Part shown: positions 18,961 through 28,542 of the stretch, one piece after another | How the letters are laid out: the number at the start of each line of letters is the position of its first letter | Numbering within the stretch: position 1 is the first letter of the stretch | NCBI GenBank assembly: GCA_026988975.1 | Contig: JALSKH010000048.1 | Location: forward strand, 23,466-87,465 | Direction: 5' to 3' | Origin: Campylobacteraceae bacterium | Lineage (GTDB): Bacteria; Campylobacterota; Campylobacteria; Campylobacterales; Sulfurospirillaceae | DNA length: 64,000 bases | Made by a program: the position numbers and the translations under genes | The notes under the pieces: model-generated | Databases searched by the model: none | Seen by the model: the letters and a program-made list of their open reading frames with translations, nothing else | Told to the model about the DNA's origin: nothing

Positions 18961-19926
18961 ATGAGTAAAATTTCTATACTTCAAAGATATAATGTAAACA
19001 AAGAGATTATACTCTTGAGCCTGATTTTAGCTATTGCTCCATTTTTCTTCCAAAATGATTTTTACTATGAGATAGCGATAGTCTCTTTGCTGAATGCCAT
19101 GATTTGCATAGGGTTAAATATGCTCATGGGATATGCTGGTCAAGTCAGTCTTGGACATGGAGCATTTGCTGGACTTGGTGGATATATCGCTGTTATTTTG
19201 GGTTCAAAGTATGGTATCTCTCCGATTTTTAGCATCTTTATAGCTATAGTTACTATGGGCATATTTGCTTTCATCATCTCAAAGCCAATATTGCGACTCA
19301 AAGGACACTATCTTGCTATGGCTACTTTGGGCATTGGTGTCATCATAAATATCGTTTTAAATGTCGAGGATGAATTGACCGGTGGAAGCGATGGGATGAG
19401 TGTAGATAGTTTTAGAATTTTTGGATATGAATTTAGTGATAGTTTGCAATGGTATGTTCTTTGTGCAGTTTTGCTGGTGCTTGCTATCTGGTCTTTTTCA
19501 AATCTGATAGACTCACCGTTTGGAAGAATTTTGCGTTCTATCGAGGGGAGTGAGAAGGCAGCAAACAGTGTGGGTATAAATGTATCGCACTATAAAAGTA
19601 TAGTTTTTGTGCTCTCAGTAGTTATCGCTACGCTTGCAGGGAGTCTATATGCTTTCTTTTCTGGTTTTATCTCTCCAGGCGAGGCTAGTTTTTCTCATTC
19701 TATCGAACTTGTTGTTATGGTGGTTTTGGGTGGTCTTGGTAGAATTTATGGGGCTATTATAGGAGCTGTGATATTGACGATATTGCCACAACTATTGACA
19801 TCTTTTGAGGATTATCAAACGCTTATATATGGATCGATTATCATATTTGTTATGATGTTTATGCCTAAGGGAATCGCAGCACTATTTGCTGATATAAAAG
19901 GAAAACTCTTTGCTTCAGATAAATAG
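18961..19926 (+). CDS. livM: branched-chain amino acid ABC permease (LivM type)
   Basis: 321-aa polytopic protein with GYAGQVSLGHGAF, typical of LivM. Confidence 0.85.
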   Translation: MSKISILQRYNVNKEIILLSLILAIAPFFFQNDFYYEIAIVSLLNAMICIGLNMLMGYAGQVSLGHGAFAGLGGYIAVILGSKYGISPIFSIFIAIVTMGIFAFIISKPILRLKGHYLAMATLGIGVIINIVLNVEDELTGGSDGMSVDSFRIFGYEFSDSLQWYVLCAVLLVLAIWSFSNLIDSPFGRILRSIEGSEKAANSVGINVSHYKSIVFVLSVVIATLAGSLYAFFSGFISPGEASFSHSIELVVMVVLGGLGRIYGAIIGAVILTILPQLLTSFEDYQTLIYGSIIIFVMMFMPKGIAALFADIKGKLFASDK

Positions 19927-20671
19927 TGTAAATAAGCAGTTTGGCGGCATAAAAGCGGTAGATAATCTAAGTTTTAGAGTTAAAAAAGGTCATATTCACT
20001 CTATAATAGGACCAAATGGAGCAGGTAAGACAACTTTGGTAAATATGATAACAGGAGTCTATAAAACAGATAGCGGAACTATTTTTTTAGATGGAGCGGA
20101 TATCACCAACATCTCTACTGATAAGCTAGTTTATAGAGGGATATGCAGAACTTTTCAAAACCTTGAGATTTGTGAAAATTTAACAGTTTTGGAAAATGTA
20201 CTTTTGGGTTTTGATAAATATATGGATAAAAATCTACTAAGGACATTTTTTAGAGCAAAATCCATACTAGATGATGAAAAAAGATATAAAGATAGGGCTA
20301 TGCATCTTTTAGGATTGATTGGTTTGGAAAAACTAGCATATCAAAAAGCTGAAAATCTTTCATATGGCATACTCAAAAAATTAGAGATCATAAGAGCTTT
20401 GGGTACATCTCCTGAGTTGATTTTGCTTGATGAGCCAGTGGCAGGGCTTAATCCAAAAGAGACAAAAGAGGTGGCAGACCTTATCCGAACAGTTGTGGCT
20501 GATGAAGTTACTATTTTGTTGGTAGAACATGATATGAAGATGGTTATGGAGATTTCTGATTATATAACTGTGATGAATTTTGGAAAAAAATTGGCAGAGG
20601 GAACACCTGATGAGATAGTAAATAACAAAGATGTTATAAGAGCATACCTAGGAAGTGGTGTTGTATGTTAA
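19910..20671 (+). CDS. livG: ABC transporter ATP-binding protein (LivG type)
   Basis: Walker A GPNGAGKTT, signature LSYGILKKLEI, Walker B LILLDEP. Confidence 0.88.
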   Translation: MLQINSVNKQFGGIKAVDNLSFRVKKGHIHSIIGPNGAGKTTLVNMITGVYKTDSGTIFLDGADITNISTDKLVYRGICRTFQNLEICENLTVLENVLLGFDKYMDKNLLRTFFRAKSILDDEKRYKDRAMHLLGLIGLEKLAYQKAENLSYGILKKLEIIRALGTSPELILLDEPVAGLNPKETKEVADLIRTVVADEVTILLVEHDMKMVMEISDYITVMNFGKKLAEGTPDEIVNNKDVIRAYLGSGVVC

Positions 20672-21366
20672 GGATTGAGAACTTAAGTTGCAGTTATAAG
20701 CAAATCGTGGCATTGGATGGCGTTAGTTTGCATATAAACAGAGGTGAGATAGTCTCTTTGATTGGAGCTAATGGTGCTGGGAAAACCACACTCCTAAGAG
20801 CTATAAGTGGACTTTTAAAACCTAAAAATGGCACTATCGTGTTTGAAGATGAGGATGTAACAAAGTTTGAATCGCACGACATAGCCAAACTAGGAATTGC
20901 TCAGATACCAGAAGGAAGAGGGCTTTTTTCGATACTTAGCGTAGAAGAAAATCTACGACTCGGTGCATATATAAGAGATGATGATGAAGTAGAGCAAGAT
21001 ATAAGCAAGATTTATGAAAAGTTTCCTATCTTAAAACAAAAAGCTCAAGAGTATGCAGGAACTCTCTCAGGAGGACAACAGCAGATGGTAGCAGTCGGTC
21101 GAGCTTTGATGAGCAGACCAAAACTTCTACTTTTGGATGAGCCTAGCATGGGGTTGGCTCCTATCATAGTCGAAGAGATTTTTGAAGCTATCAAATCTCT
21201 AAGAGATGCGGGAGCGACTATATTTATAGTAGAGCAAAATGCTTTTTTAGCACTAAGCACAACAGATAGAGCCTATGTTCTGGAAAATGGCAAGATTGTT
21301 ATGAGTGGAAATTCACTAGAGCTTTTAAATGACGAAAGAGTAAAAGAGGCTTATTTGGGAGCTTAA
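20665..21366 (+). CDS. livF: ABC transporter ATP-binding protein (LivF type)
   Basis: Walker A GANGAGKTT, signature LSGGQQQM, Walker B LLLLDEPS. Confidence 0.88.
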   Translation: MLRIENLSCSYKQIVALDGVSLHINRGEIVSLIGANGAGKTTLLRAISGLLKPKNGTIVFEDEDVTKFESHDIAKLGIAQIPEGRGLFSILSVEENLRLGAYIRDDDEVEQDISKIYEKFPILKQKAQEYAGTLSGGQQQMVAVGRALMSRPKLLLLDEPSMGLAPIIVEEIFEAIKSLRDAGATIFIVEQNAFLALSTTDRAYVLENGKIVMSGNSLELLNDERVKEAYLGA

Positions 21367-21372
21367 CATTAA

Positions 21373-21482
21373 ATCTCTTTTAAAATTATCTATTAGAAGG
21401 CAAAAGTAGCAAATGCGGTTGCGTAAGCAAACTTTCTGTGAAATACTCCTGCTGGTTTGAGTTTCAAGAGATAGTTTTTAAG
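21373..21482 (-). repeat. Family A hairpin element, divergent copy A3 with a ~37-nt internal insertion
   Basis: The arm ATCTCTTTTAAAATTATCT (21373-21391) resembles the A1 and A2 arms. The core is split: ATTAGAAGGCAAA (21392-21404) matches the start of the A core, and AATACTCCTGCTGGTTTGAGTTTCAAG (21442-21468) matches its end. The distal arm AGATAGTTTTTAAG (21469-21482) is degenerate. It fills the whole livF/72-aa-gene convergent gap. Confidence 0.6.
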
Positions 21483-21701
21483 TTAATGTTCCAAAAACTT
21501 TTTTGTTTTTTTGATTTTGTTCATAGCTTCCAAAATTTTTTGCTTTTCGCTTATCGCAAGTTTGGTTGCACCCTTTATGAGAGCTAAAGCTTCTGTGGCT
21601 TCTTCTAAGTTGTCAAATTTAGGCATTTCTTGGAGAACTTTACTTATATTTGTAAAATCCTCCTCTATGATTGCAACTTTTAGGGTATTAATCCAGCTCA
21701 A
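21483..21701 (-). CDS. hypothetical small protein (72 aa) downstream of fliS
   Basis: ORF overlapping the fliS stop. Helical and charged. No motif recognised. Confidence 0.5.
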   Translation of the reverse strand: MSWINTLKVAIIEEDFTNISKVLQEMPKFDNLEEATEALALIKGATKLAISEKQKILEAMNKIKKTKKFLEH

Positions 21702-22065
21702 TCTTAGTCTCTTCTCTCCAAGCAGTAAGTAACTCTTTTGTTACATGTAGAACTTCATCTATCTTTTTTGTATCATTTTCTATGTTTGCCGCACTTAGGG
21801 TTTTTATCTGATGAAGATAGAGACCAGTCAGATAGTGCGATATATCTCCTGCATCATAATTTATTGAACTTAGTAGTTCGGAAAATATAGCTACGGTTCT
21901 GTTGATCCAATAGGATTTTTTCTCTATATTTTTTGTTTCAATCGCTCTTTTTGCAAGGGAGGCAAATTTTAATACTCCCTCGTAAAGCATCTCTATCAAC
22001 TTTTCTGGTGATTCTATCGATATGTTGTTTTGTGAATATGTTGCATATGCTAAATTTGGGCTCAT
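21688..22065 (-). CDS. fliS: flagellar export chaperone FliS
   Basis: N-terminus MSPNLAYATYSQN with a four-helix-bundle pattern, immediately downstream of fliD. ATG at 22065 follows AAAGGA. The longer ORF to 22092 would overlap fliD. Confidence 0.85.
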   Translation of the reverse strand: MSPNLAYATYSQNNISIESPEKLIEMLYEGVLKFASLAKRAIETKNIEKKSYWINRTVAIFSELLSSINYDAGDISHYLTGLYLHQIKTLSAANIENDTKKIDEVLHVTKELLTAWREETKIELD

Positions 22066-22075
22066 TTTATTTCCT

Positions 22076-23470
22076 TTATTTATTTGTTCCATTTGCCATG
22101 CTACTTATTTGCATTGATAATGATTGAAATGATGAATTAAATTGCGCTATGATACTATCATAAGCTGCAAATTTTTTGGTCATAATGTTGTATTTGTTAT
22201 CTAATCTTTGGGTTGCTTTTGTTTTGTTCTCTTCAAGTGTTGTTTTATCATCTGCAAGTTGAGTATTGAATCTAGTCAATATACCTTTTCTGCTATCTAT
22301 ATAACCTGAAAGCATAGAGTTGTATTTTGTAAAAAATCCGTCAGTATCGTTGTCTCCTCTAAAAAAGTTTTCAACATCTTTACTGTTTGATTGGATTTTG
22401 CTATCTAATACACTACTATCAAACTCTAATAGTCCATTACTATTTAAAGTTATTCCATAATCCTCCAAGCTACGACCGTTATCATCTAAGTTAAATAAAT
22501 TTTTACTTATATCACTTTTTAATGCTTTTATGTCTGAATTACCTTGAAATGTTCCGCTCTGCTTAGTTTCAGGGTCATATTTGGTTGATTCTGCAAGATT
22601 GTTCATCAAATCATTGTATTTTGATACAAATGAACTTAACCCATCGCTGATGGATTTTGTATCTTGCTTTATGGATATATTTGCATTGCCACTGTCTTTC
22701 ACATCTAGTGTAACTCCAGTGATTAAGTCATCTACTTTGTTTGATGTCCTAGATATAGTAACTCCATTGTAAGTTGCACTTAAATCATCTGCTGTTTGTA
22801 TGTGGTTATTTGCATCATCAAGACCAAGATCACTTACAGCCGTACCGCCTCCCGTTGATGAGATGGTTATGGCATTGTTTGTTCCTGTGTCGGTTGATTT
22901 TATTACTAATCTATAAGGTTCAGTACCACCAACATTTAAAAGCGAAGCGGTTATCTTGCCATCAGTTTTGTCATAAATTTCACTTTGAAAATCCTCTAAT
23001 TTTGTACTACTTGTGACATCAATCGCATAGTCTTTGCCATTTATATTAAAATTGATTGTATCAGTTGTATCATTTCCATTAGCATCCTTTTGCAAAAAAG
23101 TATCCGTGGTATTTGTAAAAGCTTTGCTTTGATAAATATCTCTTTTTGCTAAATGTGAAACATTGAAAGAAAAGTCTTGCACCTCTGTTCCTGATTCTAC
23201 GCTTACCCCAACAGCACTATCGTTTGAAGATGTAGCGCTTCTTGATAGATAAGTCATCTCGTCTGAAAGTGTACTGGTGACCGCTTTTAGAGATGCTGTC
23301 ATTGTAGTCAAGATTGATAAATCACTGCTTTGGGTTTTGTTCTCTGCTAATTTATTGTCTATAGGTTTTATTATGGCGCTTTCATCTGCTTTTCTTAATT
23401 TGTCTATAGTGTCGTAACTCAGTGCCCCACCGCTACCTAGTCCTAGAGAACTGATTGATGCATCTGCCAT
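22076..23470 (-). CDS. fliD: flagellar filament cap protein FliD
   Basis: 464 aa with the N-terminus ISSLGLGSGGALSYDTIDKLRKADE and a C-terminal coiled coil, typical of FliD. Confidence 0.88.
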   Translation of the reverse strand: MADASISSLGLGSGGALSYDTIDKLRKADESAIIKPIDNKLAENKTQSSDLSILTTMTASLKAVTSTLSDEMTYLSRSATSSNDSAVGVSVESGTEVQDFSFNVSHLAKRDIYQSKAFTNTTDTFLQKDANGNDTTDTINFNINGKDYAIDVTSSTKLEDFQSEIYDKTDGKITASLLNVGGTEPYRLVIKSTDTGTNNAITISSTGGGTAVSDLGLDDANNHIQTADDLSATYNGVTISRTSNKVDDLITGVTLDVKDSGNANISIKQDTKSISDGLSSFVSKYNDLMNNLAESTKYDPETKQSGTFQGNSDIKALKSDISKNLFNLDDNGRSLEDYGITLNSNGLLEFDSSVLDSKIQSNSKDVENFFRGDNDTDGFFTKYNSMLSGYIDSRKGILTRFNTQLADDKTTLEENKTKATQRLDNKYNIMTKKFAAYDSIIAQFNSSFQSLSMQISSMANGTNK

Positions 23471-23473
23471 TAT

Positions 23474-23833
23474 TTATCCTTTTTTGTCAAAAATTATTCC
23501 CACTATCTCTTTCATTTTTTCAGAAAGTTTCATGGCTTCTTCAGTTGGAATTTTTCTTATAACCTTTCCCGTGCTTCGTTCTATTACACTTACAAACATG
23601 GTATCAATCTTATCATTAAAACCAAATGAGATGTTCGTATCTAAAGATTTCATATGTTCATTTAGATGTTTAACGGTACTATCTAGTTTTTGCTTGATGT
23701 CGTTTTTGTTTGTCATCAACTTTTCATCAACTTTAGTGTTTGTAGCCACCTTTTTAACAGATCTCTTTGTGCTCATAGAAGTATCTACTGTTGGTTGTGT
23801 GACCTGTTTGTTTGTGGCACTAAATATATCCAT
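23474..23833 (-). CDS. flaG: flagellar protein FlaG
   Basis: 119 aa with the C-terminal motif ISFGFNDKIDTMFVSVIERSTGKVIRKIP. Lies upstream of fliD. Confidence 0.8.
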   Translation of the reverse strand: MDIFSATNKQVTQPTVDTSMSTKRSVKKVATNTKVDEKLMTNKNDIKQKLDSTVKHLNEHMKSLDTNISFGFNDKIDTMFVSVIERSTGKVIRKIPTEEAMKLSEKMKEIVGIIFDKKG

Positions 23834-23863
23834 TTTGTCCTCCTTGACATTTCTCTATAGAGT

Positions 23864-23890
23864 ATATCGACAGAAAAAATAATTATTTTA
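23864..23890 (-). promoter_or_regulatory. sigma28 (FliA)-type promoter for flaG-fliD-fliS
   Basis: On the minus strand it reads TAAA-N15-GTCGATAT. The -10 block ends about 30 nt upstream of the flaG ATG, and AAGGAGG lies in between. Confidence 0.65.
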
Positions 23891-23936
23891 TGATTTATAT
23901 GTTAAAATCCATAATCTTTTTATTATTAGGAAAAAT

Positions 23937-24293
23937 ATGAAAATAGCTTTGGCTTGCAAATCTCTTCTTTTGACAAAATCCTTAGAAGTTTTTTTAAAAA
24001 ACAGTATATCCTCATATAAAAAATCTGATTTTGTTATCAGCGACAGAAAACTAGATATCGACAAACCCTTGTTTGTTATATCGCAAAATGATTCAAACCT
24101 TCGTGTTCCTTTTTCTCATTCGTCGCTTATGATTGAGTTAGATAAATTTTATAATGATCTAAAATCACCAAAAGAGAAAAATGAAATGCATAAAAATGAT
24201 AGTATGGAAATATTGAAAGATAAGATTGATTTGTTAACTACAAAATTTAAAGATGATTTACTCCAAACGATACAGGAGCATTATGAAAAATAG
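23937..24293 (+). CDS. hypothetical protein (118 aa)
   Basis: ORF whose end overlaps the rsmD start. No motif recognised. Confidence 0.5.
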   Translation: MKIALACKSLLLTKSLEVFLKNSISSYKKSDFVISDRKLDIDKPLFVISQNDSNLRVPFSHSSLMIELDKFYNDLKSPKEKNEMHKNDSMEILKDKIDLLTTKFKDDLLQTIQEHYEK

Positions 24294-24858
24294 AGAGATA
24301 TTTACTACTATAACAGCGGGTACTTATAAAGGTAAAAAGATAAAATTACCCTCTTTACAAAGCACTAGAAGTACAAAATCCATACTAAAAGAGTCATACT
24401 TCAATACAATCCAATTTGATATAGTAGATGAAGTTTTTATAGAGGTTTTTGGAGGAAGTGGATCTATGGGATTAGAAGCCATAAGCAGAGGTGCTAAGCA
24501 TGCATATTTTATCGAAAAAGATGAAAAAGCTTATGCGATTTTGAAACAAAACTGTAACTCTATAGACCAAAACAGAACAACTTGTAAGCTAGCGGATAGC
24601 TTTGTGTATCTCGACACATTGATAAAAAGCTCTACATGCAGAGCTTTTTTCTACTTTGACCCACCATTTTCTATAAGAGACGGCATGGAGGATGTTTACG
24701 ATAAACTCTATAATTTGATAGCAAATATACCTAAAAATAGAGTAAATATGATAACTATAGAGCATATGAGTAGGGTGAAAATGCCTGAAAAGATCGGAGA
24801 GTACAAACTAAAAAAAACAAAAAAATTTGGCAAAAGTTCACTATCATATTTTTTGTAA
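24283..24858 (+). CDS. rsmD: 16S rRNA (guanine966-N2)-methyltransferase RsmD
   Basis: Motifs LPSLQSTRSTKSILKESYFN, FGGSGSMGLEAISRGA and FYFDPPF. ATG at 24283 follows AGGAG. Confidence 0.8.
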   Translation: MKNREIFTTITAGTYKGKKIKLPSLQSTRSTKSILKESYFNTIQFDIVDEVFIEVFGGSGSMGLEAISRGAKHAYFIEKDEKAYAILKQNCNSIDQNRTTCKLADSFVYLDTLIKSSTCRAFFYFDPPFSIRDGMEDVYDKLYNLIANIPKNRVNMITIEHMSRVKMPEKIGEYKLKKTKKFGKSSLSYFL

Positions 24859-24917
24859 TCATTTTGTTACCAAGTTTTATTATAATTTCGTCGCAAATAA
24901 AAATTTAAGGAAATAAG

Positions 24918-25925
24918 ATGAAAAAACTTACTTCGATAGTAGTTGCAGGTGCATTTGTTGCTACTTCTTTGATGGCTGGCGAAATGGTAAAAGGTGATGG
25001 TTCTAGTTTTGTACTACCTATAAATCAAGCTTGGGCAAAAGCTTACTATAAAGCTACTGGCAAAAAAGTTCAGTACAATGGTGGTGGAAGTGGAAAAGGT
25101 ATAAAAGATTCTACTGCTAGATTGGTTGATTTTGGTGGAACTGATGCTCCACTTACTCCAAAAGCTCAAATGAAACACAAAATGTTACAGTTTCCTGCAG
25201 TTGTAGGTGCTACTGTTCTTGCATACAACCTTCCAGGTGTTGCAAATGAAGCTCTTAAACTAACAGACAAAGCTATCGTTGCTATTGCTATGGGAAAAGT
25301 TAAGTATTGGGATGATGCTATGCTTAAGGCTGTAAATCCAAATGTAAAACTTCCACACAAAAAGATCATCTTTGCAAGAAGAAGTGACGCAAGTGGTACT
25401 ACTTGGAACTTTACATACTTTCTAGCAAGTGTTAGTAAAGATTGGAGAAAAAATTATGGTGTTAAGAAAACTATCAACTGGACAAGCAATAATGTTGGTG
25501 GCAAAGGAAACCCTGGTGTTAGCTCAATCATCAAGCAAACTCCTTACTCTATAGGATATATTGAGTATGCTTATGCAGTTGAATCAAATGCAAAAGTTGC
25601 AGTTGTTGAAAACAGAGATGGTTATTTTGTTAAACCAGAGATGAAGACATTTCAAGCTGCAGCAGCTGGAGCTAACTTTGACCCTAAAAAAGGTTTTTAT
25701 ACAGTTATAGGTTATCCAAAGGGTAAAGACTCTTATCCATTGGTTGCTTGTCCATTTATAATTATGCCAAAAGAGAAAGTAGCAGCTGATAAACAAATCA
25801 CAGCATTTTATACTTGGGCTTATGATAATGGCGCAGATATAGCAAAAAAACTATACTATGTTCCACTTCCAAAAAGTGTAACTGATAAAATCAAAAAATA
25901 CTGGAAAGATAACGGAGTTAAGTAG
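24918..25925 (+). CDS. pstS: phosphate ABC transporter substrate-binding protein PstS
   Basis: Signal peptide, GSSFVLP and SDASGTT motifs. First gene of a pstSCAB-phoU array. Confidence 0.9.
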   Translation: MKKLTSIVVAGAFVATSLMAGEMVKGDGSSFVLPINQAWAKAYYKATGKKVQYNGGGSGKGIKDSTARLVDFGGTDAPLTPKAQMKHKMLQFPAVVGATVLAYNLPGVANEALKLTDKAIVAIAMGKVKYWDDAMLKAVNPNVKLPHKKIIFARRSDASGTTWNFTYFLASVSKDWRKNYGVKKTINWTSNNVGGKGNPGVSSIIKQTPYSIGYIEYAYAVESNAKVAVVENRDGYFVKPEMKTFQAAAAGANFDPKKGFYTVIGYPKGKDSYPLVACPFIIMPKEKVAADKQITAFYTWAYDNGADIAKKLYYVPLPKSVTDKIKKYWKDNGVK

Positions 25926-26935
25926 TGTTCTCTAAAGAGTATCTATTTAAGAAGGTCGCATTTTCAAGTGCGACCCTTATACTTATAATTTTAGTCTCTA
26001 TTTTTGTGATGCTGTTTATATCAGCAAAACCAGCAATAGAAAAATATGGATTTAATTTTCTAACTGATAGTAGTTGGAATAAAACAGTTGAGACAAAAGT
26101 ACCTCTTACCCCACAAGAGATAAAAGCAAAAAAAAGTTCAAAGCAGAAGATAAATACCGAAGAAGATGACTCTCTTTTTGCTGATGATACTCCGGTATTG
26201 GGCGGAGATGAAGCTTCAGACAATGAAGATAGTAATTTTAATATAATCACAAAAAATATCTTTGGTGGTTTTGTTCCGATAATAGGAACAATCCTCTCAG
26301 CTCTCATAGCAATGGCATTTTCTATCCCGATAGCCATGGGAATAGCGGTTTTTCTCTCAGAAATCGCACCAGACTTTCTTATCAAGCCAGTAGGCACTGC
26401 TATCGAGTTGCTTGCAGCAATTCCGAGTATCATTTATGGTATGTGGGGACTTTTTTACTTTGCACCACTTGTGCAAAAAGTATTTGGTGGCTCTCAAATA
26501 TCACTTTTGACTGCAGGTTTGGTTCTTGGAGTTATGATTTTACCTTTTATGGCTGCAATCACTAGAGATTCTATGAACACAACACCAGATGTTTTAAAAG
26601 AGTCTGCTTATGCACTTGGGGCTACAAAATACGAAGTGGTAAAAGATGTGATATTTCCATATGCAAAAGTGGGAATCATAGGCTCGATCATACTCTCACT
26701 CGGCAGGGCACTTGGCGAGACAATGGCAGTTGCATTTTTAATTGGAAGCGTCTTTAAGATACCTCATAATTTAACTGACCCTACCATCTCCATACCAGTA
26801 GTTTTAGCAAATAATTTTGGAGAGGCAAGTGGAGATATGATGAGTTCTCTCTTCTTCTTGGCTTTTGTTCTCTTTGTCTTTAGTTTTTTTACGATTGGTA
26901 TAGCAAAATTTTATTTTTTAAGAGGTAGAAGATGA
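25925..26935 (+). CDS. pstC: phosphate ABC transporter permease PstC (with an acidic loop insertion)
   Basis: Permease with LGRALGETMAV (EAA-like) and FGEASG motifs. An extra acidic segment of about 55 aa lies in the first periplasmic loop. Confidence 0.88.
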   Translation: MFSKEYLFKKVAFSSATLILIILVSIFVMLFISAKPAIEKYGFNFLTDSSWNKTVETKVPLTPQEIKAKKSSKQKINTEEDDSLFADDTPVLGGDEASDNEDSNFNIITKNIFGGFVPIIGTILSALIAMAFSIPIAMGIAVFLSEIAPDFLIKPVGTAIELLAAIPSIIYGMWGLFYFAPLVQKVFGGSQISLLTAGLVLGVMILPFMAAITRDSMNTTPDVLKESAYALGATKYEVVKDVIFPYAKVGIIGSIILSLGRALGETMAVAFLIGSVFKIPHNLTDPTISIPVVLANNFGEASGDMMSSLFFLAFVLFVFSFFTIGIAKFYFLRGRR

Positions 26936-27744
26936 GAAGCAGGAGATTATTGTTAAATAAGATAGTATTGATACTCTCAACTCTTTCAGCTGTATTGGGA
27001 TTGGTATTTTTATCTTGGATACTTATAACGCTTTTTATTAAAGGCATTAGCTCTTTGGATTTCTCAATATTTACAAATGACTTAGTTGACGGCGGATTGA
27101 AAAACTTGATATTTGGTCAATTTTTCATGGCTCTGATCGCCACTATAATAGGTGTTCCACTTGGAATGATGGCAGGAATTTATCTAAGAGAGTATGGAAA
27201 TAGTACTTACGCAAATATAATTCGAGATTTAAGTGACATCATGATGAGTGCCCCCTCTATAGTAATCGGTGCATTTGTTTTTGCTGTTTTTGTTGCCCCT
27301 TTTGGAAGCATAAATGGCTGGGCTGGTTCGATTGCATTGGCTATCATGTTGATTCCAATCGTAGTTAGTACAACTGACAATATGCTCTCCTTGGTCCCAA
27401 AAGAGTTGAGAGAAGCAGGAATTGCACTCGGTGGCGGGAAGCATCAAGTTATACTTGATATCATCTTAAAAGCTGCAAAAGTTGGATTGACAACAGGCAT
27501 ACTTCTTGCATTTGCAAGAATCATAGGTGAAACAGCACCACTTCTGTTTACAAGCGGGACAAACAGTTTTTGGACAACTGATTTGTCAAATGCTTTTCCA
27601 TCTTTGACTGTAAGTATATATAATTTAGCAAATTTTCCAACAGATAAAGCAAGAGATTTAGCATGGGGAGCGTCATTTATATTAACCGTGATAGTTCTAA
27701 TCATAAACTTAATCGGAAGATTTTTAACAAGAGATAAAGGATAA
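26932..27744 (+). CDS. pstA: phosphate ABC transporter permease PstA
   Basis: 270-aa permease with [13 protein letters not shown]. Confidence 0.88.
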   Translation: MRSRRLLLNKIVLILSTLSAVLGLVFLSWILITLFIKGISSLDFSIFTNDLVDGGLKNLIFGQFFMALIATIIGVPLGMMAGIYLREYGNSTYANIIRDLSDIMMSAPSIVIGAFVFAVFVAPFGSINGWAGSIALAIMLIPIVVSTTDNMLSLVPKELREAGIALGGGKHQVILDIILKAAKVGLTTGILLAFARIIGETAPLLFTSGTNSFWTTDLSNAFPSLTVSIYNLANFPTDKARDLAWGASFILTVIVLIINLIGRFLTRDKG

Positions 27745-27748
27745 AATA

Positions 27749-28540
27749 GTGGCAAAAGAGTTGATAATGGATATAAAAGATTTCTCTTTTAAGTATGCGG
27801 GTGCGCCAAAACCATCATTGGTAGATATAAATTTACCTATCTATAGAAATAAAGTAACAGCTATGATAGGTCCTAGCGGTTGTGGAAAATCTACACTTCT
27901 AAGAGCGTTAAACAGAATCCATGATTTATACCCTGGAAATGAGTATAAGGGAGAGATAAATCTGCTTAATTTGGAGACAGATAACTTTGAAAATCTGTTA
28001 GAGATAAAAAAAGAGAATGAATTTATAGCTTTGCGTCAAAGAGTCGGTATGATTTTTCAAAAACCTACCCCATTTCCTATGAGTATCTTCGATAATGTTG
28101 CCTATGGATTGAAGTTAGCTGGCATAAAAGATAAAAATATCGTGCAGGAAAAGGTGGAAAATGCATTGAAAGGCTCTGCTATTTGGGATGAGGTAAAAGA
28201 TAGGTTAAAAGAGAGCGCTATGGGGTTGAGTGGTGGACAACAGCAGAGACTTTGCATCGCAAGGGCGGTAGCACTTAAGCCTGAGATTTTACTGCTTGAT
28301 GAGCCAACAAGTGCACTTGATCCAATCTCCACAGGAGCCATAGAAGAGTTGGTCAGTGAGCTTAAAAAAGATATATCTATCGTGATAGTCACGCACAATA
28401 TGCAACAAGCCAGTCGCTTGAGTGATTATACTGCTTTTATGTATATTGGTAAATTAATTGAGTATAATAAAACAGATAAAATTTTTCTAAATCCACAAGA
28501 AAAATTAACAGAAGATTATGTTACAGGAAGGTTTGGATAA
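27749..28540 (+). CDS. pstB: phosphate ABC transporter ATP-binding protein PstB
   Basis: Walker [36 protein letters not shown]. The start is GTG at 27749 or ATG at 27767. Confidence 0.9.
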   Translation: MAKELIMDIKDFSFKYAGAPKPSLVDINLPIYRNKVTAMIGPSGCGKSTLLRALNRIHDLYPGNEYKGEINLLNLETDNFENLLEIKKENEFIALRQRVGMIFQKPTPFPMSIFDNVAYGLKLAGIKDKNIVQEKVENALKGSAIWDEVKDRLKESAMGLSGGQQQRLCIARAVALKPEILLLDEPTSALDPISTGAIEELVSELKKDISIVIVTHNMQQASRLSDYTAFMYIGKLIEYNKTDKIFLNPQEKLTEDYVTGRFG

Positions 28541-28542
28541 AA

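Noticed and set aside
24859-24917. Pho-box-like direct repeats upstream of pstS (TTTTGTTAC ... TTTTATTAT next to TATAAT at 24881-24886)
   Set aside because: The spacing (13 nt) and sequence do not match any Pho box consensus I can state with confidence. The -10 element is plausible, but the operator call would be guesswork.
25918-26433. 171-aa ORF antisense to pstC, and similar long antisense ORFs such as 43478-43894, 33688-34065, 53541-53966, 43076-43447, 62664-63020
   Set aside because: Each lies fully inside a well-supported gene on the other strand. Their composition is low-complexity (Ser/Ile/Phe/Leu-rich), typical of antisense frames in AT-rich genomes. None has a recognisable motif or ribosome-binding site.
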